Below, piece by piece: positions 20,208 through 31,498 of a stretch of 64,000 bases of DNA (its first letter is position 1; each line of letters opens with the position of its first letter). The stretch spans positions 1,472,001 through 1,536,000 of the forward strand of contig CAWJCS010000006.1 in NCBI GenBank assembly GCA_963841435.1, in the 5' to 3' direction. Source of the stretch: an uncultured delta proteobacterium. GTDB lineage: Bacteria; Myxococcota_A; Polyangia; Polyangiales; Polyangiaceae. Under the pieces are notes generated by a model. That model searched no databases, was not told the origin of the DNA, and was given only the letters and a program-made list of their open reading frames with translations. A program made the position numbers and the translations under genes.

Positions 20208-22977
20208 GCAGGCGGCCGACGGGGCGGCCGCAGCGTTCGCAGGCTGGGGACGAGTTCGGTCATTCCTTTAGGCACACGCGGGCTCGTTGCTGTGTTCGTG
20301 TTGCTCGGTGCCGTTCCCCGAGTGTGGGCGGCCCTCAGCGACCACAGCGTCTTCTGGCCAGACGAGATCTACCAGAGTATCGAGCCCGCGCATCGCGCGG
20401 CGTTCGGCACGGACTAATCTCCTGGGAGTTTCGTGATGGCGCGCGATCGTGGCTGTTGCCCGGTCTCATCTATCTGATCATGAAACCGCTGGCGCTCGTG
20501 ACGAGCTCCGGGCTGGTGATGGTTTGCGCGGTCAAGCTAGCGATGGTTGCTGCGGCGTTGGTGGGCATCGCGTTCGCCGTCAAATACGCGGAGACCTTGG
20601 CCGGGCGTCCCGCCGCGGTGCTGTGCGGGCTGATGACTGCGTTCTACCCGCCGCTCCTGGTGCTTTCGCACCGAGCGACGCCGGAGATGGCGAGCGCACC
20701 CTTGCTGATCTGGGCCGTGCTTGCCCTGGCACAGCGTCGCCCGCGGGTCTCGGGAATGGCGGCAGCAGGAGCATGGGCGTTTCGCATGCAATCGGCGCCA
20801 ATTGCCGTCGTGCTGTTCGTCAGCCTGCTTTGGCGCCGGCGCTTCGCGGACGCCCGCGCCTTCATGGGTGGGGCCATCCTCGTCGGCTTGGCAAGTGGCC
20901 TACTTGACTGGGTGACGTGGGGTCGACCTTTCGGTTCCACGATCGCATACATGGAGTTCACTCTTCAGGGTGGCTCCTCCACGTTCGGCGTTTACCCCGC
21001 GTCTTACTATCTGCAAACAACTGCCGCGGCGACCGGGTTGATGCTGCCCGTCGTCCTCGTCGGCCTCCTCGGTGCCTTCAGGGTCGCCCCCGTCGCGCTG
21101 CTCGCTGCAGCAAGCTTCGTCTTGGCGCACTGTCTCATTCCGCACAAGGAGTACCGCTTCCTATCGCCAATCATGCCGCTTGCCCTGTCGCTTGCCGCCG
21201 CCGGGCTCGCCGACTCGGCGGCCCGGATTCGGGTCCCTGCGTGGGCGCTGGGCGCTCTGGGAGTCCTCTGTGCAGTTGGCTCCGCGTTCAAGGTTCGTAC
21301 GCTGACGAATGGCGATCTCGGTCACTACCTCGGTCGACCCTACGCGGGGGACTCCGTTTGGCATTTTCAGGAGGGTCCCACCCTGTTGCTGGCCGAGGCC
21401 GGCCAGCGTGCCGACCTTTGTGGTGTCTTGACCCTGGGTCTACGAGCTGGCTTTACGGGTGGGTTTTCCTATCTTCACCGCAACGTCCCGCTCCTCTACC
21501 GGCACCAGGCTTGTGACGCGACGAGCACGGGCAACTACATCATCGCCGCTCCGCAGTCGGAGGTTCCCCGCGACTATTCGCTCGTGGATGCTCGCGACGG
21601 GTACCGGTTGTTGCGGCGAGCCGGTGCCTGCGCGCCACCGCCAGCCGGGTACGACGAGATGCTGGAGGGGGCCGACGACATGGGACTCTACCGGGCGCCC
21701 ATCGTCCAGCCCGACAAGTCAGAGCTCAACATCGCCGCCGGCTCGAGCGCGGCCGCGTTCGTTAGCGGGTTTAGCCACGGTGAGAAGCTGGAGTGCCGTG
21801 ACGTTCGCTGGGCGATGGGCAAATCCTCGCGCGTGGTCTTCCCGCTCGAGCCCACCGGAGGCGCGTACTCGTTCACGTTCAGCGCCCAGCCGTACTTCCG
21901 CGCGCTTCCCCAAACCACCAAGGTTAGCCTCAACGGCAAGCCACTTGCCGATTTCTCCATGTCGGAAGGCTGGGGTGGCTACCAAGCAGCCGTGCGCAGT
22001 GATCGGCTGCGGCAAGGCCAAAACACGCTCGATTTCTGATTTTCGAACGCGACGCGCGCCGAGGGGAACGACACGCGTGAGCTCGCTGTGCTCTTCGATC
22101 GCATTTCGCTCGTGCCGCTCATATCCACCATCCGGATCGACGCCGGCACGAGCGAGGGGCGTGCCTATCTGGCCAGCGGTTTCAGTGGCGACGAGAAGAG
22201 CGGGCGACGCACGGTGGTGTGGAGTGACGGTTCGCGATCGAGGATCCAAATGTTGACCGGCAGCCCGGACGCCCCTACCGTTCTCTCGGTCACGGCGCTC
22301 GCCTATCACCCGGTGGCCCCGCAGATCGTCGGGATTATCGTGAACGGAAAGCCGGCAGGCACGTTGCGGGTGACCGGAACCTGGGCCAGGCAAACGGCGT
22401 TGCTGGCGCCGGGCGTCCTGAATCACGATCTGAACGACCTAGAATTCGTCTACGAACGCACCGCCCGTCCAAAGGACAGCGATCCGACCGCTCAGGACCC
22501 TCGCGACTTGGCCGTGATGTTCGACGACATCACGATCGCGCCGTTGCCGACCAGCCGGTCCATCGACCTTGGTACGCCGCCGGCGCGACTCCAGATGCTG
22601 GATGGCTGGAGCGTCGACGAGCGGCAGGGTGAGCGCACAGCGGTGTGGAACGACGGCGCCCTGTCCGTGCTCGCCTTCCGGCAACTCGAGGTGCCTAGCG
22701 GCAGGTCAGTCTTGAGGATCGCCGCTCGCGCCTTCGGTCCCGCGCTGCCGCTGAACGTCGAGGTCGCCATGAACGGCAAGGCCCTGGGGTCCGTACAGCC
22801 ACGCGCCGACTGGAGCACGCTCGAAGTGGAGGTGCCGGAAAGCGGCGTCGTCCGCGGAGTGAACCTCATCGAGTCCGGTACGGCCGCACCGTCAGGCCTA
22901 GCGTCGTGAATCCGGCCTCGAAAGACGTTCGGGACCTGGCCCTGCGTGTCGACCGCGTGGAAATGACAAGTCGCTAG
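20204..22977 (+). CDS. PIG-B/Alg9-like (GT22) mannosyltransferase with three C-terminal repeated soluble domains; frameshifted
   Basis: FWPDEIYQSIEPAH...FG.GLISWEFRDGARSW and PHKEYRF motifs; repeats GFSHGE..VRW, GFSGDE..VVW, GWSVDE..AVW; frameshifts near 20270-20410, 22035 and 22875. Confidence 0.75.
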
Positions 22978-23046
22978 GGGTCCTCGAAACTCGCACTCCG
23001 CCGCCCCAGCTTGCGAGAACCCGCGCGATTGAGCTATTCGAGGAGC

Positions 23047-23616
23047 ATGCGTGGCTTGGCCTTGTCGTTGCTCTTGGTCCTCCCTGCCGGCTGTGATGCC
23101 GACGCCGATAGGGTGGCGCCAGCTGCCCACCGAACCGACGACCCCGGGGCACAACCAGCGGCGCCCGCCCAGTCTACCGAGGCGGCACCAGCGGCGGCGA
23201 CGCCGGGCCTGTCCCCTGGCGAAGACGCTAAGTTGCGGCGCAAGTACGGGCCCGCCGATATGAAGTACAACGCGTGCGTCAAGGTCTTGGGCACGACGAT
23301 TGAGGGGCGTAACTGCCCGGCGACGATCATCGTCTACGGTCCGTATGCCAACGTTCCCTCGAACGCGGAGATCGAGCTGACGTTCGACATTCAGGGCACG
23401 ACGGATATCCAAGTTTACAGCGACATGTTCGCTCAAGTCGGCAAGCGCCCGCTCGGCGCACTCTCGCCGCAGACCATTCCCGCAGGCGAGAAGCGCAGGC
23501 TCGGCTATCGAGTCAACCTGCTGACCGGCGACATTGCGATGGAGGCCAGGATCTGGCTCCACGGCACCGGCCCCGCCGACTTCGACATCACCAACCTCAG
23601 CCTCTCAGTCCGCTAG
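23047..23616 (+). CDS. Secreted lipoprotein with a beta-rich (possible carbohydrate-binding) domain
   Basis: AGGAG just upstream of ATG, lipobox PAGC, Pro/Ala linker, IIVYGPY motif. Confidence 0.6.
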   Translation: MRGLALSLLLVLPAGCDADADRVAPAAHRTDDPGAQPAAPAQSTEAAPAAATPGLSPGEDAKLRRKYGPADMKYNACVKVLGTTIEGRNCPATIIVYGPYANVPSNAEIELTFDIQGTTDIQVYSDMFAQVGKRPLGALSPQTIPAGEKRRLGYRVNLLTGDIAMEARIWLHGTGPADFDITNLSLSVR

Positions 23617-23629
23617 CGCCGCCTCGATC

Positions 23630-25012
23630 TCAACGTGGGAAACGACCCGGGAGCCTCCAATCCAGGAAGTCCGGCACGCCAGTTCCTCGAGCGGTCAGCT
23701 TTTGCTGGCCGCGTACGCCCTCCTGGTGCTCGGGGTCTTCGACAATGACGGGCAGTACAGCAGCGTCGGCCTGACCCTAACGCTGGCTGGCTTTCTCGTT
23801 TTCGTGCTCGCGATGTGGCGCGTTGCGAAGCCCCCGGTGCTCGCCGCCCTTCCCTCACAGCGAGCGATCGCTGCCATCTTGCTGCTGCTCCTGGTGTTCG
23901 GCGTTCGCAAGGCCCCATGCCTGTGGTTGCACGACTTGACCTTCGTGGACACGACACGGACGGCGTGCTGGTCGGTCGCCGGTGGGACGGCTCTGGCGTA
24001 CCTCTTGCTCCCGACGCAGCGCACGGTCCAGAGCGTCGCGTTTGGTGTCAGCGTCGCCGTCGCGATTGGCTTGCGACTGATGATGCTGCGTGCCTCCCCC
24101 TCCCCCTTCATCGACGTTTTCGAGCTGGCGCAGCAGTGCTCCGGCTATCTGCTGCATGCGTTCAATCCGTATTCGAATCCGATCTGGGCCGGGGGCCACG
24201 ACGGCCATGTCTACGTCTTCAACGGCTACGCCTATCCCCCCGCGAATCTGCTGCTCCAAGCCCCTGCGTTTGCGCTCACGGGAGACGCGCGCGTCGCCAA
24301 CGTCTTGGCGGACGTTGCGTTTGCTGCCTGCCTCTGGTTGGTCGCCGATGGAGCTCCCGCGGCGAGTCGGCAGCTCCTCGTGCTCGTCCACCTCTTCCAA
24401 CCAAAATCCCTGTTCGTGCTGGAGAATGCGTGGACCGAGCCACTGACGCTCGGCATGTTCGGGCTCTGCGTGTTGCTGCTCCGACGAACGAAACGCACCG
24501 CCGCCGCGGCTGTCTGCGGCTTCATGCTCACGATGAAGCACTATCTGCTGTTCGTGGCGCCCCAGTACTTGCTCGTCGAGAGATCGCGCAAACGTTTGCT
24601 CGTGTTGTGCGGAGTGGGCTTGGCGACCGTGCTCCCCTTCATCGCGTTCGACCCGAAGAGCTTCTGGGAAAATGGGTTGATGCTGGTCGTCAGCCTCCCG
24701 TTTTCCAACCAAGCCCTCGGCATCGCTTCGTTCCTGAACCGCACCTTCGGATGGGTGCCAGGGCCACCCCTGAGCATCGCGGTCGGGATCCTGTCCGCCG
24801 TGGCATTCCCGTCTTGCTACGCCGCCTCCCCGACATCTCGCGCTTCGTCTTGTCGGCCGCAGGGACGCTGTTTGCAACGTTCTTCCTGGGGCGCCAAGGC
24901 GTTCTGCAACTACTACTACCTGGTCGCCGGGCTCATGTTGCTCGGGCTTGCCGTGCAGGCCGTGGAGCGGGAACGGGGCCCCGCTTCCGACTTGGTGTCG
25001 CGCGACGCTTGA
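23630..25012 (+). CDS. GT-C membrane glycosyltransferase (GT87/PimE-like); frameshifts near the 3' end; start uncertain
   Basis: Many TM helices; PFIDVF...FNPY...YAYPP, WTEP, MKHY, FCNYYY. Confidence 0.6.
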   Translation, partial: STWETTREPPIQEVRHASSSSGQLLLAAYALLVLGVFDNDGQYSSVGLTLTLAGFLVFVLAMWRVAKPPVLAALPSQRAIAAILLLLLVFGVRKAPCLWLHDLTFVDTTRTACWSVAGGTALAYLLLPTQRTVQSVAFGVSVAVAIGLRLMMLRASPSPFIDVFELAQQCSGYLLHAFNPYSNPIWAGGHDGHVYVFNGYAYPPANLLLQAPAFALTGDARVANVLADVAFAACLWLVADGAPAASRQLLVLVHLFQPKSLFVLENAWTEPLTLGMFGLCVLLLRRTKRTAAAAVCGFMLTMKHYLLFVAPQYLLVERSRKRLLVLCGVGLATVLPFIAFDPKSFWENGLMLVVSLPFSNQALGIASFLNRTFGWVPGPPLSIAVGILSAVAFPSCYAASPTSRASSCRPQGRCLQRSSWGAKAFCNYYYLVAGLMLLGLAVQAVERERGPASDLVSRDA

Positions 25013-25021
25013 CCGGGGGCG

Positions 25022-27151
25022 TTACTCGTCGCTGGAAAGCGCCCTCACCGTCGGCTTTCCGACGCCGAACGCCACACGACGACCGTCCCGGGACGGATCG
25101 GGCAAGGCGCCCGCGTCCGTGCGCAGCCTAACGAGCGTCGCATCCGCGGTGGGAGTCCATTCGAACTCGAGTCGGCCGTCCGCACCCTTTGCGAGCTTGA
25201 CTGAACCGACCGCGTTGTCGCCGACCATGGCCCGGACGGTCCGCTCCGAGTTCGTCGCGACCGGAACGCGGACGAAGTATCGCCGTCCCGGCCGCATGAT
25301 CCCGATGATTGCCAAGGTCGCGTCGCCGGACGACCAGGCGACGCGCTCCACGAGTGTCTGGGACGGCAGGTAGCGAGCGTCGGGTTGCCATCCCCACGGG
25401 AAACCCGCCTTGAGTCTGACCGCTGCGTCGTCGATGGGTAGCCACCTGGCCCGTCGCCGCAGCTTGTAGGCGACCAGGTCCTTCTGGTCGCTCTCTACCC
25501 GGGAAAGACGGAGTGCGCTGAGCGACTCCTCGAGCCACCGCGCGCCATCGGCGAACCCGCGTCGATTGATGAGCAGGCCGTCGAACCCGTGCTCTTCGAG
25601 GAAGTTAACCATCGCGACGGGTGCCATCTCCTCGACCTGCATCTGCCAGCGCTCCCTCGGGCGGCCCTTGTGCGTTCCGAACGTGAAACGGAGGGATGTC
25701 GTCCACAGAAAAGGCCGGAAGGGCTCGCAATCCTGCATCCGCGCGATGGGTGAAGACTCCGGAAACTCCATGACGGGTAGCTCGAACAGCATCGCCGAGG
25801 CGCGGAAGCGGCGTTCCAATCGGGAACCGAACCTGCGATCCGACGCGACACTCTGCGCCACTGCTCGGCTGCGCTGAGCATAGTCGTGAGGTCGCAAACC
25901 AGATGCTTCTACCAACCCCCACAATGACACCGCGAGAGCCGCGGCGGACCTGAGATTCGGCTTGGGAACGGAATCGAGGGCACGGCAACCCCAGAGCAGT
26001 GTCGCGCACAGCACGAGGACGGAGTAGCGGTTCACGGACCGGAGCCAGGTCAACCCCAGGGAACCGAGCAAATAGTCGAACCCTCCACTCAGCGAGAACA
26101 ACAGCAAGTAGCCAACCAGCCACGCTTCCCAGGGGATCTGGGCGAACCGCCTAGCCAGCCCCAGGTAGAGCGAGCGCAGCAGGAGCGCAACAAGCAACGC
26201 GCCTCCGACGAGGCCCTGAAATGCGGTCGTATTTTCCGTCGGGGGATTCCCTGCCTCGAAGTAGTGCGACCGCGCGAAGCGCTCCCACGGCGCGATGACG
26301 TGCTGCAGGGGCATGAAAAGGTCCGGGATCCGCAGCGCCCAAAGCTGAATCGACGCGAGGCTTCGCCCTGAAAATGCGTCGTTTGCGCCAGCGAACCATC
26401 TGCGGAGGTAGACGTTGAGCTGCCCGAACAGAAAGCTCGTGACACCGACGGCGAGCACCTTGAGCCCGAAGGCGGCAACCTTGTTCCTGCCGACGATGAA
26501 GCTTCTCAGCGTCGCGAGCGCGAGGATCTGGAAAGCGATCGGCGGATAGTAAGGATTCTGAAGAGAGGTTGCCACGAGCAGCGCGTAGGCGCACAGCCGC
26601 CATCCGACCGACGGGACGTGCGCGTCGCTCGCGATCCTCACGGCCAGAAGCAAGAGCAGCGGAATGTGCCATAGGATCGAAACGTTCACGTGCTCGAGAG
26701 CCCGCCCCATCATGAAGGGGCTAAAGGCAAAGAGCAGGGCCGCCGCGTGGGCCACCGGCGGAGTACGCCCGAGCCGGCGCGCCGTCCACGCGAATGCAAG
26801 GGCGGCGCTCACGTGCGCGAACAGCGAGACCACGTTGGCCGCGGCGCCGAGCGACAGGAACCGGAGCAGCCCGCCCCATGCGTAGAAGATGAGCTTTTCG
26901 GTATGCGGATAGTCGTTCCAGTCCGCGCCGAACGGAGCGTTGAGTCGGTGGATTTCGAGGTTCCACGGGGGTGGAAGCTCGGAGAATCCCTTGGCGATTC
27001 CCATCACGAGCAACGTGTCGCCTCCCCCCACATACGACACTGGAAGCTCGAACGAGCGTGTGCCAGGCCAGCGCGCGTAGTAGTTGCACCAACCGAGCAC
27101 GACGATGCTCGTCGTCACCAGGTAGGTCCAGCCCGTGGATCGCGCGTTCAA
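25022..27151 (-). CDS. Polytopic membrane protein, YfhO/GT-C-like, with periplasmic C-terminal domain
   Basis: GGDT..., RLNAPFGADWNDYP, LFAFSPF, NPYY, LRSVNRYS, ELPVMEFPES, GLLINRRGF. Confidence 0.6.
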   Translation of the reverse strand: MNARSTGWTYLVTTSIVVLGWCNYYARWPGTRSFELPVSYVGGGDTLLVMGIAKGFSELPPPWNLEIHRLNAPFGADWNDYPHTEKLIFYAWGGLLRFLSLGAAANVVSLFAHVSAALAFAWTARRLGRTPPVAHAAALLFAFSPFMMGRALEHVNVSILWHIPLLLLLAVRIASDAHVPSVGWRLCAYALLVATSLQNPYYPPIAFQILALATLRSFIVGRNKVAAFGLKVLAVGVTSFLFGQLNVYLRRWFAGANDAFSGRSLASIQLWALRIPDLFMPLQHVIAPWERFARSHYFEAGNPPTENTTAFQGLVGGALLVALLLRSLYLGLARRFAQIPWEAWLVGYLLLFSLSGGFDYLLGSLGLTWLRSVNRYSVLVLCATLLWGCRALDSVPKPNLRSAAALAVSLWGLVEASGLRPHDYAQRSRAVAQSVASDRRFGSRLERRFRASAMLFELPVMEFPESSPIARMQDCEPFRPFLWTTSLRFTFGTHKGRPRERWQMQVEEMAPVAMVNFLEEHGFDGLLINRRGFADGARWLEESLSALRLSRVESDQKDLVAYKLRRRARWLPIDDAAVRLKAGFPWGWQPDARYLPSQTLVERVAWSSGDATLAIIGIMRPGRRYFVRVPVATNSERTVRAMVGDNAVGSVKLAKGADGRLEFEWTPTADATLVRLRTDAGALPDPSRDGRRVAFGVGKPTVRALSSDE

Positions 27152-27297
27152 CCAACCAGAGCTTCAACCGAGCCCCGGCCGTCCCCAAGAGCGTCGGAAC
27201 ACGGGGGTCCAGCGTCGCCTCGCTCACGCTGCTCCGCGAAGCGTCGCCCGCCTCGTCCCTCCGTACCGTGCGGTCGTGATCGTGCCGCGCCGGGTCG

Positions 27298-28926
27298 TCA
27301 CGGACGTCTCCATGATAGGAGGACATAACCGTCCTCTGCGTACGTCACTGCGTAACCCGCCGCAACGAGCTCCTGCACGCTGGACCACTGCTTGCCGACG
27401 GAGTCGAAAGGAAACTGGACCTGGTGCGCATCGGCGAGGACGTACTGGGGTTTGGCTCCGGGTTGCCACTCGCCTCCAAACCAGCGAAAACCATGAACCT
27501 GCCAGTGCATTAGTCGCGGACTACCCTGTGGGTCGGGCGTCCATATCGTTACCTTCGCCCGGCGGGTCAGGTGCGGCCCCAGGCTATTGGCGGCGGCAAC
27601 GAAGACGCCGGATGGTACCTGTGCCACTGCTCGCTCCGCAGCATGTACTTCCTCGGTCCGCGGGTACCACCAGGACCGGTGGGTCATTGCCCAGCCGGGC
27701 CAGCGCGGCAGCGTGATGATGCTCAAGGCGAGGACACCGACCGCCCAAAGAGTCCGAGACTGGATCGTGCCGAACCGCTTTCCGAGCGACAACATCGGCA
27801 ACGACTTTGCCCCGTCGATCCCGGCACAGAAAAGGATGGGGACGAGGAACGCGTTGTAGTGATAGTGCGTCGTCCAATGCGCCTCGGTGCTCGAGAGGAA
27901 GCGCACTGCGAGGAGGGGGGCCGCGAGTAGCAGGAGGGGGGAGCGGCAGGGGACGAAGGCGAGAGGCGCGAGCAACCACAGCAGCGTGCGCACCTTCTCG
28001 GCGGGCGTCAGCATGTGCTCCAGCGCCGCGAGAGGGTGCTTGATGAGGTAGAACAGGAGCTCGAGGGGGTCCTTCGCGAGGTGCCAGTACGACCAGTCCC
28101 TATGGGGGCTTCCGCCGCTAAGAGGAATGAACCAGGCGGTAATGAGCCACGTCGCAAAAATGCCGCCCACGCCGAGCGCGAGCCCGAGGCGCCGATGCTT
28201 GCGCAGCACGAGCAGAACCCCCAGTGCGGAAATCAAAAGGCCCAAGTCCTCGCGAATCGTGAGCAAGAGAGCGGCTAGCCAAGTCATGTGACGCAACGCT
28301 CCCGCTTGGTAGCGCTCCAGTAGCAGACCGATCAGAGGTGCAGCGAACGCTACCTGATGAAACGGAAACCAGACCGCCTCCTGCATGGGCCACGAAAGCC
28401 CGAACGCCACGGCAAGCACATAGGCCTCGAAGGTCCCCAACCCTCGCCGCGCAAAGAGCCAGATCGGGACGATCGCAGAAGCGAACAGGGCCCCGTGAGC
28501 GATGAGCAAGGTTGCGGGGCCGTCGTGAATCCAGTAAAGGGGCGCCAACGCGACGAGGATCGGCGTGAAGTGGTCCGCCCAATGCAGCGTCCCCGGATCG
28601 TCGGCGGACGACACGCCCAAAATCGGGACGTGAGGCAGCGAGAAATGCGCGTAGGCTCGCAGGGCCTGGTCGTATATACCGAGGTCGTAGAGTGCCGTGC
28701 GGAACCCCATGTGCTCCACCACACCAGCGGCGGCGTACAGTGCGGCGAAGCTCGTCACGATGACGCCGAGCGCCACAGCGTGCGGGGAACGTCGCAGTCG
28801 ATTCCAAACTTTCTTCACAGTGCGTTCGCTGGCGCGCCTCAGCGCGACCAGTCGGCTCGCGATGCTTTCGAGGCGTCCGCTCGTCAGGTGCATATCGGGA
28901 TCAAGGGGCGTTGAATTCACCTGCAT
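27298..28926 (-). CDS. DUF2079-family membrane protein (predicted GT-C glycosyltransferase)
   Basis: YDLGIYDQAL, DHFTPIL, FHQVAFAAP, IREDLG, HYHYNA, PHLTRR. Confidence 0.75.
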   Translation of the reverse strand: MQVNSTPLDPDMHLTSGRLESIASRLVALRRASERTVKKVWNRLRRSPHAVALGVIVTSFAALYAAAGVVEHMGFRTALYDLGIYDQALRAYAHFSLPHVPILGVSSADDPGTLHWADHFTPILVALAPLYWIHDGPATLLIAHGALFASAIVPIWLFARRGLGTFEAYVLAVAFGLSWPMQEAVWFPFHQVAFAAPLIGLLLERYQAGALRHMTWLAALLLTIREDLGLLISALGVLLVLRKHRRLGLALGVGGIFATWLITAWFIPLSGGSPHRDWSYWHLAKDPLELLFYLIKHPLAALEHMLTPAEKVRTLLWLLAPLAFVPCRSPLLLLAAPLLAVRFLSSTEAHWTTHYHYNAFLVPILFCAGIDGAKSLPMLSLGKRFGTIQSRTLWAVGVLALSIITLPRWPGWAMTHRSWWYPRTEEVHAAERAVAQVPSGVFVAAANSLGPHLTRRAKVTIWTPDPQGSPRLMHWQVHGFRWFGGEWQPGAKPQYVLADAHQVQFPFDSVGKQWSSVQELVAAGYAVTYAEDGYVLLSWRRP

Positions 28927-28989
28927 CTAAGCGAGCCGGCCGTCGGACCTTAGCGACCCGGACGCCACGTGCCAAGCGCGGCTTCCGCC

Positions 28990-31351
28990 TCACTTCGTCG
29001 TTCGCAATCGCTTGAACCGGATCTTGCTGACGGTCAGCCTCACGTCGCGGCCCACGTCGAGGCGAAATTGCACATCGTCTCGTTCTTCGTTCAGTGTGAA
29101 GCCCAGGGCGCCGAGCTCGACGGAGGAGCTGCCGCTTTCGCTCAGGGCAACCCGCGTTTCTGCCAGAACGTGGGCGTCGGCGTCTGCGAGCACGGCGATG
29201 CGAGCGCCCTTTTTCGCGTGACCGGAGGCCTGGACCCCACCAAACCAGGAGACTTCGTAGGAACCCGGGGCCAGCGTGACGTGGGGTCCGGTCGTCAGCG
29301 GACCCGCACGCCCCGTCGTCCGAAGACCTCCCCTCACTCGCCTGCCCTTCGCGCAGCTCAAGCTCTTATCGACCGGGGAAACGTCGACCGTGAAGCGCTC
29401 GCCGGCGATGCGCCCGGCGTCCATGCAGAGTCCGATCGACACGAGCTTTTGCGGGCGCTCCGTTCGCGTGGTCTCGAGAAATGTTCCGCGCGCGGTATCC
29501 GAGTAGTCGGGTTTGGTTCCGAGCTCGAAGGGTGTGAAGCCCACCCCCGTATCCCCCTCGAACTCTCCGTGCGCCATGGCGTTCCTCCCAACGTGTCGCA
29601 TGAGGAGCGCGGTCGGTACGTCGTAGACGTAGGTCAACACGGAGGCCAGATGTGGGTGTCCGGTGATCAGGGGAACGGTCGTGTTTCTGCGACCGAGCTC
29701 GCGAACCAGGCGCGCGTATCGGAGCGGGAGCTGGTGCAGCATGCTCTCGAACGCGAAGACGCGCGTGTAGTTGCCGGCGGGCACGGCGTACGCTGCGAAC
29801 AGTCCGAGGGCGAGCACCGAGCGCCAGGCTCTGCCCCTGAGCACGCTCAGCAACCGCTGAGCACCGAGCAGCGCCACCACCAGACAGAACGGGATGACCT
29901 GGGGCACCCAGCGGCGGGCGGCATAGATGTGCACGGGCACGATGGCGGCGGCCGCCGTGAAGACCACGAGCGCAGCGCTGAATGCCGCGAGCAGCGGCAG
30001 CCACGTCGGAAGCTCGCGTTGCTTCGACGCAACCGCGAAGCCGACCAGGCAGAGTGGCCAGACCACGGGCGTCACGTACCAGGTGAGCGTCATCATGCTG
30101 GTCGCGGACTCGTGGCTCGAGATCCGCGGGCGAACGAGCAGACCCCAGGCGAGCCATAGCGTGAGACCCACGAACACCGAAAAGGAGAGCCATCTCAGCG
30201 TGCGCTCCGTCAGCCGAGCACGAGCAATGACTCGCGCCGGCACGAACGGTAGCGCCACGGCGAGCGCGCCCCACAGGGTGCTGCCTGCCATGAGCACACC
30301 GAGGTGCGCCCCTTGCACTAGATCGTGGACGTAGAACGGCGCAGCGCGAGCAACGTCGAGGTGACCCGCCGTGCTGAGCAGCAGGTACCCCGCACCCGCT
30401 GCCGACGCCACGCGCCTGAGCTCGGGCGAGCACACCATGACGACCACCGAGAACGCGAGCGGAGCGAGGCCAATCAAGCCGGCATCGACGCGGTTGAAGG
30501 TTCCGCTACCGAGCACACCGCCGGCGACCAGCCCCCAGACGACCGAGCGCCTTTCCTGGGCCACGAGCAGCGCCAGAAGCCCACCGAAGTTTTGGGCCAG
30601 CGCGAGGGCCTCCGTCAGCGTGATGCGGGCGTTCCACGCGAAGGCGGGATTGAGCCCCAAGGCGACGACGAGCACGCACCCCGCCCCGACCCCGAGCAGG
30701 CGGCGAACGTAGGCGTACCCGAGCGAAAGCCCGAATCGCCGCCACGACGGCGTTGCCACGTACGGCTGCCTCGAGCCCCCCAGCGCTCCAGAAATTCGCG
30801 AGCAGCGCTGGGAACAGGTGCGCAAATTGCGGGCTTAGGCGCGCTGCGTCGTGCGTGTCGCCGTAGTCACTGTAGACGCCGGGGTATCCGAGCTGGATGG
30901 CGTTTCCGTGGAGCGCGAACGCGTCCCTCAGCCACGCTTGGTCGAGGTCGAGCCCGCCCGTTTTGGAGATCCACGCGGCAAACTCGAGGTAGAGGCCCGG
31001 GTCTTGACCGCCGAGCAGGAAGTACGTTGGGTAAGACGCGTGCAGGGCCAAAAGGCCCAGCAGCAGACCGGCCACGAGCCAGACCTCGCGGGCCCCATGC
31101 CGCTCGCCCGGCGGCGCCGCTTCCGGCGAGCGGCGCCACGAGAACGCCCAAAGGAGCGAAAGCGGCCCAGAAACGGCCCACGCGGAGTACACGCCGAGCC
31201 GGCAGGCCACGAGCGACAGCATCGCCAGCGCGAGCACCGCCCCGCCGAATGCTAGTGCGGCGCGCTCCACGGCGCCGAGCCCGCGGAGAGGCCCGCGCCA
31301 CATCCCGAGCGTCGCGATCGCGACCGATGCGATCAGCACCACCGCGGGCAT
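28990..31351 (-). CDS. GT-C-like polytopic membrane protein; frameshift near 30735
   Basis: GGQDPGLY, PQFAHLFP, WNARITLTE, RVDA, YAARRWVP; C-terminal GPHVTLAPGSY domain; joins ORFs 30506-31351 and 28990-30825. Confidence 0.65.
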
Positions 31352-31498
31352 CGCTGCGCGGGAGAGTGCCGGAGCGATCCCCGGCCGTCAATTCGCGTCG
31401 TCCCTCGGATTCGCTCCCCTTGCCGGACCCGGCCGTTGCATGGTCGTCTGTGACCCGCTGGGCCGCCAAGTCCTTCGCGAAGGCCAGCGACTGCTCCG

